Below, piece after piece: positions 48,660 through 56,503 of a stretch of 64,000 nucleotides of DNA. The position numbers and the translations under genes are program-made. The notes under the pieces are model-generated. The model saw only the letters and a list, made by a program, of their open reading frames with translations, made no database searches and was not told where the DNA came from. Source of the DNA: an uncultured virus (IMG/VR IMGVR_UViG_3300046170_000428). Taxonomy: Duplodnaviria; Heunggongvirae; Uroviricota; Caudoviricetes. The number at the start of each line of letters is the position of its first letter. Position 1 is the first letter of the stretch. Where the stretch lies: the IMG/VR virus record IMGVR_UViG_3300046170_000428, one strand, 5' to 3'.

Positions 48660-49488
48660 GATTCAAGATGCTAATTGTTTAAGAAATGTACATATACAAA
48701 ATGAGATAATTGATATGTTAAAAGATGCAGAAGAAAAAGTATCTGTTCCATGGAATAATTCTAATTTAAATGTTATTATTCCGATGGCAGGCAATGGTAC
48801 AAGGTTTGCTCAAAAAGGTTATTCTTTTCCAAAACCTTTGATTGATGTTAAAGGTGTGCCTATGATCGAAGCCGTCGTAAATAATTTAAATATTAAAGCA
48901 AATTATATTTTTATCGCAAAATCAGAGCATATTCAAAAATATAATTTAAATGATGTCATTCAAAACATGATGAAAGATAAAGCTTATAATGTTACTTTAG
49001 TAGAACAAGATCATACGCCAGTGGGTGCGGCATGTACTGTTTTACTTGCAAAAGAATATATTGATAATGATTCACCCATTCTTATTGCAAATTCAGACCA
49101 AATTTTTGAATGGAATTCAAATGAATGCATGTATGCATTTAAGCACGAAGAAATAGACGGTGGCATTTTAACATTTAAAAACTCACATCCAAAATGGTCG
49201 TATGCTGAGATAGCTGATAATGGATTTGTAAAACGTGTAGCCGAAAAAGTTCCATTACCGGGAAATAACGCTACAGTTGGTGTATATTATTGGCAAAGAG
49301 GATCTGATTTTGTACGTTATGCTAAGCAAATGATTGAAAAAGACATACGCGTAAATAATGAATTTTATGTTTGTCCAGTTTTTAACGAAGCTATTACTGA
49401 TGGTAAAAAGATTCGAGTCAAAAATGTAGATAAAATGTGGGGTATTGGAACACCAGAAGATCTAGAAGAATATTTAAGACATGAGTAA
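48643..49488 (+). CDS. sugar-phosphate nucleotidyltransferase (NTP_transferase family)
   Basis: IIPMAG.GTRF...GY..PKPLI, GAACTVL, IANSDQ, WSY, VAEK, NNEFYVCP, GIGTPEDL. Confidence 0.88.
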   Translation: MPILREIQDANCLRNVHIQNEIIDMLKDAEEKVSVPWNNSNLNVIIPMAGNGTRFAQKGYSFPKPLIDVKGVPMIEAVVNNLNIKANYIFIAKSEHIQKYNLNDVIQNMMKDKAYNVTLVEQDHTPVGAACTVLLAKEYIDNDSPILIANSDQIFEWNSNECMYAFKHEEIDGGILTFKNSHPKWSYAEIADNGFVKRVAEKVPLPGNNATVGVYYWQRGSDFVRYAKQMIEKDIRVNNEFYVCPVFNEAITDGKKIRVKNVDKMWGIGTPEDLEEYLRHE

Positions 49489-50116
49489 ATTATTAATTGC
49501 AAGCGGTTGTAGTTATACACAACAAGAGTATGAGGGATATTTAAAAAATGATATAACAACTTGGCCTGAACTTGTTGCTAAAGAATTAGATATTGAGTTT
49601 GTAAATGTTGCATGCACGAGCGCGCCAAACGATTATATTTGCAATTCTGTAACTGATGCTTTTTTTGACTATTCTCATCGTGACATTATTATCATGGTTC
49701 TTTGGACCGAATCAAATAGATGGTATCCAATAAAACCACCAAAAGAATTAAGAAAAAAAGATTGGTTAGTAGAATATCAACTTCGTTGTATGTGGAGGCT
49801 AAACGAATTTTGTAAGCAGCAACAAGTTCCATTATATCAAGGTCATTCTACATCGCTTTTACAACATCTAGACATTGAAGATAGGACTGATCTTTTAATG
49901 AATAATAAATATTATAGTCCTGAGTATTTTGGCCCGCAAAATCCGTGGAGTAATATGATGTGGATGGCTAATGAAACATATAGTATTCCTAATGATGGTC
50001 ATCCAAATCAAAAAGGGCATGATTGGATAGCGGAGTACTTTTTAATAAAATACGAAGGCGGTGATTTTGAAGTGCCTTCAGATAACTACAACAATATAGA
50101 GTTTGTTTATGACTAA
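49481..50116 (+). CDS. SGNH/GDSL-like hydrolase or acyltransferase 1
   Basis: ASGCSYT (block I), N.A...A.ND, DGHPN..GH (block V). Confidence 0.75.
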   Translation: MSKLLIASGCSYTQQEYEGYLKNDITTWPELVAKELDIEFVNVACTSAPNDYICNSVTDAFFDYSHRDIIIMVLWTESNRWYPIKPPKELRKKDWLVEYQLRCMWRLNEFCKQQQVPLYQGHSTSLLQHLDIEDRTDLLMNNKYYSPEYFGPQNPWSNMMWMANETYSIPNDGHPNQKGHDWIAEYFLIKYEGGDFEVPSDNYNNIEFVYD

Positions 50117-50921
50117 AAAATTATTAATTGCAGGTGGTGATAGCTGGTCATGTCCAACTGAGCACTATTATATAGAAGCCGGTATGGATAAAATTTGGCC
50201 AGATTTTGTTGCAGAGTTTTTTGATTGGGATATCATTCACACAGGACTCGGTGGCGCGGGCAATGATTATATTCATAATGCTGTAATTGATGCTATTGAA
50301 GCAAATCCAGATAGAGAAATTGTTGTAATGGTTGCATGGTCTCAAGCCATGAGATTACAACCATTTGATATGCCTATTAGTCAAATTACATTTAATGTCC
50401 ATATGCCAGATCTAGAACCACCATTTGGTCCTGTTAAAAACAGAGTTCAAGATGAGTTACGTCAATTATTGAGATTACATGTTGATTGTTATGACCCAAT
50501 AGGTAGTAAAGTTGTAGGACTTAAAAAAGATGATTGGTATCGATATATCGCTCGTTGGTCATTGAGAAATATTTACCTTTTAAATGAATATTGTAAAAAT
50601 AAAAATGTTGAGATTATCCATCATAGAGCTCTTAATATTTTAAACGGTATTGAATGGGTTTTTAATTCAAGGTTAGATCATAAAGAACGACATGTGATGA
50701 ATGAGTCAGTAAGAGCTGAGCATCCTATTAATCATTATTATTGGAAAATAAAAGAATGGGATAATGTTGTAGGTCCTGATTTATTTGAACGAGGAAGTTC
50801 TTGCTATGAACTTTATCCAAAATATTATCTGTCTAATCGAGAACAACATCCAAATACTAAAGGAATGGAATTAATTGCACATTCCTTTGTAAACAAATAT
50901 ATTGAAGTTTATGAAAAATAA
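50109..50921 (+). CDS. SGNH/GDSL-like protein 2
   Basis: GGDSWS, GLGGAGND, QHPN.KG. Confidence 0.75.
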   Translation: MTKKLLIAGGDSWSCPTEHYYIEAGMDKIWPDFVAEFFDWDIIHTGLGGAGNDYIHNAVIDAIEANPDREIVVMVAWSQAMRLQPFDMPISQITFNVHMPDLEPPFGPVKNRVQDELRQLLRLHVDCYDPIGSKVVGLKKDDWYRYIARWSLRNIYLLNEYCKNKNVEIIHHRALNILNGIEWVFNSRLDHKERHVMNESVRAEHPINHYYWKIKEWDNVVGPDLFERGSSCYELYPKYYLSNREQHPNTKGMELIAHSFVNKYIEVYEK

Positions 50922-50924
50922 TTG

Positions 50925-51803
50925 ATGACTAAAAAACTTTTAATTACAGGAGGAGATAGTTGGTCGTCTCTTCATGAAGGATATTATAAAGAAGCTGGTA
51001 TGGATAAAATCTGGCCAGGTTACGTTTCAGAGTTTTTTGATTGGGATGTTATTCATACCGGACTTGGCGGTGCTGGTAATGACTATATCCACAATACTGT
51101 AATTGACGCCATTGAAGCAAATTCTGATAGAGAAATTGTTGTGATGGTAATGTGGAGTCAAGCTATTAGATATGTTCCATTTGATTTACCTATCGGACAG
51201 CTTACTTTTAATGTACACGTGCCGCCACTAAATCCACCATTTGGGCCTGTAAGGATAGAAGCTCAAAATGCTTTAAGAAAATTAGCCAGTTTACATGTTA
51301 AATGTTATGATCCTAAACGAGATAAAGGTGAAAGCATAGGACAGCTTAATAGTTATGCAGCTGATGGTATTGATCAAAATGATTTTTATAGATGGATTGC
51401 TCGTTGGTCATTAAGAAATATTTACCTTCTAAATGACTATTGTAAACAAAGGAACATTCCAATTATACATCATAAATCTTTAAATATTTTTGATGGAATT
51501 GAATGGATACTTGATCCAATATTTAATCATGAAAATAAACGTTTAATGAATAAAGCTGTAAGATCTGAAAATTCAATAAATCATTACTATCATAAAATAA
51601 AAGAATGGGATAATGTTGTAGGTCCTGATTTATTCCAAAAAGGTAGTGATTGTTATTCACTTTATCCAAAATATTTTTTAAATAAATTAAATCCTCATGT
51701 AAATGCAAAAGGTATGCAATTAATAGGACACACATTTATTAATAAATATATTGAAGTTTATGAAGAACGATCAACTTCGGAAGCAGACTATGTCTATAAT
51801 TAA
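50925..51803 (+). CDS. SGNH/GDSL-like protein 3 (close paralogue of protein 2)
   Basis: GGDSWS, GLGGAGND; long blocks shared with protein 2 (KIKEWDNVVGPDLF). Confidence 0.75.
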   Translation: MTKKLLITGGDSWSSLHEGYYKEAGMDKIWPGYVSEFFDWDVIHTGLGGAGNDYIHNTVIDAIEANSDREIVVMVMWSQAIRYVPFDLPIGQLTFNVHVPPLNPPFGPVRIEAQNALRKLASLHVKCYDPKRDKGESIGQLNSYAADGIDQNDFYRWIARWSLRNIYLLNDYCKQRNIPIIHHKSLNIFDGIEWILDPIFNHENKRLMNKAVRSENSINHYYHKIKEWDNVVGPDLFQKGSDCYSLYPKYFLNKLNPHVNAKGMQLIGHTFINKYIEVYEERSTSEADYVYN

Positions 51804-52458
51804 ACAGCCATTATTAATAACTGGAGGTTGTAGTTTTGGAGACCCTAAAGAACCTGATTATAAAAATAGCGTAACAGTTTGGCCAATAGTTGTTTCTAAA
51901 ATTTTAGATATTAAATTATTAAATGTTTCGAAACAAGGAGCTAGTAATGACTATATTGAAAATATAGTATTTGATTCTATTTTACAAAATTATGAAAATT
52001 ATGATATACAAGTTATGGTACTTTGGACTGGCGCAGATAGAGTCAATGTATTTGACACGGATACTTATCCTGGAAATCACCAAGGTTACGATCAAAAGAA
52101 AATATTAAATAAAACTTTTCGTAATATAAAAAGATTAGATTTAATTTGTAGACAGTTTAATATTCCTTGCTATCATAGAATAGGTATAGGATTTGAAAAT
52201 AGCGATGAGTTGAATGAATGGTTAATTAAACATCCAATATTAAAAGAATTTAATTTATCGCTTTTTGAAATTATAAGTGGAAGATGGTCAAGTACAGGTG
52301 AAGGTGCTCATGCTCAATGGGTATTAGAAAATGGTCATCCGAATCAAGACGGTCAAAACGCAATTGCACAAATGTTCATAGATACTATGAATAATATACC
52401 ACTTGGAACATTAGGTACACAATCGAATTTAATTGAGGATAATTTTATTTATGACTGA
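51790..52458 (+). CDS. SGNH/GDSL-like protein 4
   Basis: GGCSFG, GASND, NGHPNQDG. Confidence 0.75.
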   Translation: MSIIKQPLLITGGCSFGDPKEPDYKNSVTVWPIVVSKILDIKLLNVSKQGASNDYIENIVFDSILQNYENYDIQVMVLWTGADRVNVFDTDTYPGNHQGYDQKKILNKTFRNIKRLDLICRQFNIPCYHRIGIGFENSDELNEWLIKHPILKEFNLSLFEIISGRWSSTGEGAHAQWVLENGHPNQDGQNAIAQMFIDTMNNIPLGTLGTQSNLIEDNFIYD

Positions 52459-53551
52459 TTTGAAATGGAGTCAATACGACTTTACAAAAATACCATTTGA
52501 TAATATAGTTAAAGTCGGTCAAAGGACTATGCTCCATCGAGACTTATTTACGGTGAGTTGGTTACTTGGTAGATTTTGTAATTATTCATGTTCTTATTGT
52601 TGGCCGTATGCATCTAGTCGAGTGAAAGATCATAGACCTATTGATTTGATTCTTATGACAATTGACGAGATTAAACGCCAATCTCGTGATAATGGATATA
52701 ATTCTTTTCATTTTAGTTTTAGTGGTGGTGAACCTACGTTTCATCCACAATATTTAGAAATTATGAAATATCTTGCAGACGATGTTCCTAATACTAACTA
52801 TCATTCCGTACATATGACTTCAAACATTTCACGTAAAATGAAATGGTTTGAAGAATATGCTAAAATTTGCGCTAAGTTTAATAGATCAAGTATTACCGCA
52901 TCATGCCATAGAGAACATGTTGATACTGATGCTAAAGTTGCAGATTTTGCAGATAAGTTAGAATATTGCCAAAGCCAAGATATTCAAGTTACAATTAACC
53001 AAGTAATGCTACCTGATAAGTTCGAACAGTGCTGGGATGACGCATTATATTTTCATGAAAGGGGAATTAATGTCACTCTTAAGCCTCAGTCTGATCCTAC
53101 TGCCAGCTTTATTGTTAATGGCTATACTGATGATATGCTTCAACGACTACATAATGGAATGCCTCAACGAGGATTTACCGATATCAAAAAACAAATATCG
53201 CGGCCGAAGCCAAAAGTGGAACTTGATCTCCGCTATGAAACGACTGGTGTTCCACAACATATGCAAGTTGAATTGGAGGATAGTAAAGGAGCCAAGTATT
53301 ACATGGATCAAGCTGAAAGATTTAATGCGTTTAACTTTAATAATTTTAGTGGTTGGAATTGCGAGTCAGGCTATCGTAGTATTATTATTCGTGAGCCTGA
53401 TGGCAATATTAAACGAAGCTACTCCTGTGATGACGAACCTTTAGGAAATATTACTACCGGATTTAAATTATTTGATAAACCAATGCCATGTATCACAAAA
53501 AGTTGTGTTTCTTCTGCCGATTCTAAGATTCCAAAAACTAAAAATGTATAA
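52451..53551 (+). CDS. radical SAM enzyme 11 (related to enzyme 5)
   Basis: CNYSCSYC, SGGEP, MTSN; C-terminal N.FSGWNCESG...C...PCITKSC. Confidence 0.9.
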   Translation: MTDLKWSQYDFTKIPFDNIVKVGQRTMLHRDLFTVSWLLGRFCNYSCSYCWPYASSRVKDHRPIDLILMTIDEIKRQSRDNGYNSFHFSFSGGEPTFHPQYLEIMKYLADDVPNTNYHSVHMTSNISRKMKWFEEYAKICAKFNRSSITASCHREHVDTDAKVADFADKLEYCQSQDIQVTINQVMLPDKFEQCWDDALYFHERGINVTLKPQSDPTASFIVNGYTDDMLQRLHNGMPQRGFTDIKKQISRPKPKVELDLRYETTGVPQHMQVELEDSKGAKYYMDQAERFNAFNFNNFSGWNCESGYRSIIIREPDGNIKRSYSCDDEPLGNITTGFKLFDKPMPCITKSCVSSADSKIPKTKNV

Positions 53552-53554
53552 ATA
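53547..53554 (+). promoter_or_regulatory. T4-type late promoter at the right edge of the island
   Basis: Exact TATAAATA overlapping the stop of radical SAM enzyme 11. Confidence 0.72.
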
Positions 53555-53605
53555 ATGTTAAAGGCAGGGTGGAAACACCGACAAAGAACTCAACTGGAGT
53601 AGTTC

Positions 53606-53962
53606 ATGGCTCAGTACGAAGAAATTACAATAGATCAAGGCACCGACGTGGCTATACAACTAGAATTAGTTGATAACACTGGCGCTGCTAAATCTTTAAC
53701 CGGCTATTCTGTCACGGCAAAGATGAAAAAGAACTATAATTCTACTGATTCAAGCGATATTCAAAGTTTTACGTCAATTGTTGCTAGTCCATCTACTGAT
53801 GGTATTGTAACTCTGTCATTAACTAATTCTCAAACCGATGCGCTAAGAGCTGGACGGTATGTATATGATGTAGAACTTTCTTATGTCGATAGTGACGCTA
53901 ATACTATTGTAGAAAGAATCCTTGAAGGCCGAGTTCAGGTTACGCCATCAGTCACTAAATAG
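53606..53962 (+). CDS. small virion structural protein (BppU-like)
   Basis: ITIDQGTD, LTGYS..A.MKK.Y, G.VTLSLT..QT..L..GRYVYDV, RILEG.V.V.P.VT. Confidence 0.7.
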   Translation: MAQYEEITIDQGTDVAIQLELVDNTGAAKSLTGYSVTAKMKKNYNSTDSSDIQSFTSIVASPSTDGIVTLSLTNSQTDALRAGRYVYDVELSYVDSDANTIVERILEGRVQVTPSVTK

Positions 53963-53970
53963 GAACTGAT

Positions 53971-56466
53971 ATGCGAGTACTGGTCGAACAAAGGACCTAC
54001 GTTAAAAGAGTTATAGTTGGCACACCTATTGCAAGCGTTAGAGAAGCAGGCATAGTTGATTCGGATGCTACACTTGCAATCGTTTTAGCCAATTCAATTG
54101 ATTCTGCCGAAGTAATTAACTTAATTGATTCAGCATATGTTCAAGCAAGACAAGTAGATCTGCAACGAGATTCGTCGTTTGTAACAGGTATTCTTGATAG
54201 TTCTCTAGGCGCACTTACAAATTCAATTATTCCGCATATTGACAGTTCGATCGATCTTGGTTCTCCAACTAAAAAATTTCGTAGATTATATCTTTCAGGT
54301 AATACTATTGTCCTTGGTGATTTAACACTTGGTGATGAAAGCGGTACATTTGTTATTAGAGATTCATCTGGTACAATATCAGCAGTTAATTTAGATGGTA
54401 ATACTACATCAGACCTCGCAGAAGGTTCAAATCTTTACTATACAAGAGCCCGATTTGATTCAGCTCTTAATGATACTATTTCAGATAGTGCTATTCGTAG
54501 TAAGTTTTCTGCATCAGGCGACATATCATATGATTCAAGTACAGGTCAATTTAGTCTAGATGTTGAAACCGTATACACACAGGCAAACTTTGAATCAGAT
54601 TTAAGTTTATCGCTTAATGCTACTAATGGTATTTCATACGATTCTTCTAATCATAAACTATCGCTTATAAACACCGGTGTTGATTCAGGCATTGTCGGTT
54701 CATCAACTCAAATTCCTATTCTTACAATTAATGCTCAAGGTAGAATTGATGCCGTTAGTACGGCAATAACTTTAGATTCATCTACAGCAATTAATCTTAT
54801 AGACTCTTCTTATGTAAGATCTCGGCAGATTACTTATAACACAAGCGACTTTACTGATAGTGCATATGTTATAGCTCAAATTAACAATTTAATTGATGGT
54901 GCTCCTGGTACTCTTGACACACTAAATGAAATCGCAGCGGCTCTTAATGATGATGATTCAGCTTATAATACACTTATTGGATTAATTGCTACTAAAACCG
55001 ATTTTGATTCTGCTGATGCAATTGCACTTATTGATTCTGCATATGTTCAGCTACGGCAAACACCACAAGATTTTGCATATAGTTCATTAACTGGTACACC
55101 TACTATTCCAACTTTTGGTACAGACTTTGTTGACTCTGCATATGTAGAATCAACTATTGATTCTGCTTATATCCAAGCACGTCAGCAATTGGTCGACTCG
55201 GCAAGCATTGTTCAGTTGGTAGATTCCACTTATGTTCAAGCAAGACAAATTACATACACAACTGCGGACTTTACTGATTCAGCTTATGTTACTGGATTAC
55301 CAGTAAGCACTTTTACAAATGATGCTAATTATCTTGATAGTACAAGTGTTCAAGGTGTCATCGATGCATCTTATATACAAGCAAGACAAACAACCTATGA
55401 TTTCTTAGATTCTAGCGAAGCTATAGCTCTTATCGATTCTGCATATGTTCAAACAAGACAAATAACTTATAATACATCAGATTTTGTTGATTCAGCTTAT
55501 GTCACTGCGCAAATCAACGCCCTTATTGCTGGAGCACCCGGAACACTAGATACTCTTGATGAAATTGCGGCCGCATTAAACGATGATGACTCGGCTTATG
55601 GGACTTTAGTTGGACTTATCAATGCTAAATCAGACGTTGATAGTATTGGCTCGTTAAGTAATGTAACTTATGGTGTGCCGAGCGAAGGTCAAATATTAAA
55701 GTATGATAGTGCCACTTCAAAATTTATTTTATCTGCAGATACAGGTGGAATTGATTCTGCCTATTTAGAAGCTAATTCACTTGATTCTGAAAGAACAATA
55801 TCGCTTATAGATTCATCATATGTTAATGCCCGAGTACAAGATCTTACTGGTGATGAATTTACATTTACTTTAGTTGATAGTGGCGCAATTGCAGGACCAA
55901 GAATAGTACTTGATAGAAATAGTTCATCTCCTGCAGATTCAGATGCATTAGCAAATATCGAGTTTAGAGGTAGAAATAGTGCAGATTCTAGTATCCAATA
56001 TGGTAAAATAGCAACATTTATTAATAACGCGACTGCAAATGCTGAAGTTGGTGAAATGCAATTCATCATTAAGCAATCTGGATTCGAACGCGTTAAAATG
56101 AAATTGAATTCTCAAGGTATAGTGCTTGATAATAGTGAGTCAATAGTATTCTCTGATGATTCAAATAGTCAATTATTATCACCAGGAAATTATACAGCTG
56201 ATCACGTTTTAACACTACCAGATTCAAGTGGTATTATTGCAACACGTAATCACATAACTACACTCATAGATTCAGCATATGTTCAACGAAGACAAAGCGA
56301 TGTAGAAACTGGGTTTTCTCTTGATTTTGCTGATAGCGTTGGAACTGTATTAGTTTCGCTTCCAATCGTTCAAGCAGCATCGATTGCAACTGGAGCTGTT
56401 GTTGGTTTTGGTAATTCAGTAACATTATTAGATAAAGATAGTGCAGAAGTAATCATTCAACTTTAA
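53971..56466 (+). CDS. fibre-like structural protein with many DS[A/S]Y repeats
   Basis: DLGS.TKKFRRLYLSG, EGSNLYYT.AR, two APGTLDTL.EIAAALNDD fibre motifs, repeated IDSAYVQARQ. Confidence 0.75.
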   Translation: MRVLVEQRTYVKRVIVGTPIASVREAGIVDSDATLAIVLANSIDSAEVINLIDSAYVQARQVDLQRDSSFVTGILDSSLGALTNSIIPHIDSSIDLGSPTKKFRRLYLSGNTIVLGDLTLGDESGTFVIRDSSGTISAVNLDGNTTSDLAEGSNLYYTRARFDSALNDTISDSAIRSKFSASGDISYDSSTGQFSLDVETVYTQANFESDLSLSLNATNGISYDSSNHKLSLINTGVDSGIVGSSTQIPILTINAQGRIDAVSTAITLDSSTAINLIDSSYVRSRQITYNTSDFTDSAYVIAQINNLIDGAPGTLDTLNEIAAALNDDDSAYNTLIGLIATKTDFDSADAIALIDSAYVQLRQTPQDFAYSSLTGTPTIPTFGTDFVDSAYVESTIDSAYIQARQQLVDSASIVQLVDSTYVQARQITYTTADFTDSAYVTGLPVSTFTNDANYLDSTSVQGVIDASYIQARQTTYDFLDSSEAIALIDSAYVQTRQITYNTSDFVDSAYVTAQINALIAGAPGTLDTLDEIAAALNDDDSAYGTLVGLINAKSDVDSIGSLSNVTYGVPSEGQILKYDSATSKFILSADTGGIDSAYLEANSLDSERTISLIDSSYVNARVQDLTGDEFTFTLVDSGAIAGPRIVLDRNSSSPADSDALANIEFRGRNSADSSIQYGKIATFINNATANAEVGEMQFIIKQSGFERVKMKLNSQGIVLDNSESIVFSDDSNSQLLSPGNYTADHVLTLPDSSGIIATRNHITTLIDSAYVQRRQSDVETGFSLDFADSVGTVLVSLPIVQAASIATGAVVGFGNSVTLLDKDSAEVIIQL

Positions 56467-56468
56467 TG

Positions 56469-56476
56469 TATAAATA
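56469..56476 (+). promoter_or_regulatory. T4-type late promoter
   Basis: Exact TATAAATA before the 56504 gene. Confidence 0.72.
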
Positions 56477-56503
56477 ACATAAGGAAACTAAAGGAATTAG
56501 AAA

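Noticed and set aside
32742..53551. RiPP (radical SAM-modified peptide) gene cluster
   Set aside because: Genes are back-to-back with no room for a precursor peptide. I saw no RRE/PqqD protein, peptidase or exporter, and the accessory enzymes point to sugar chemistry.
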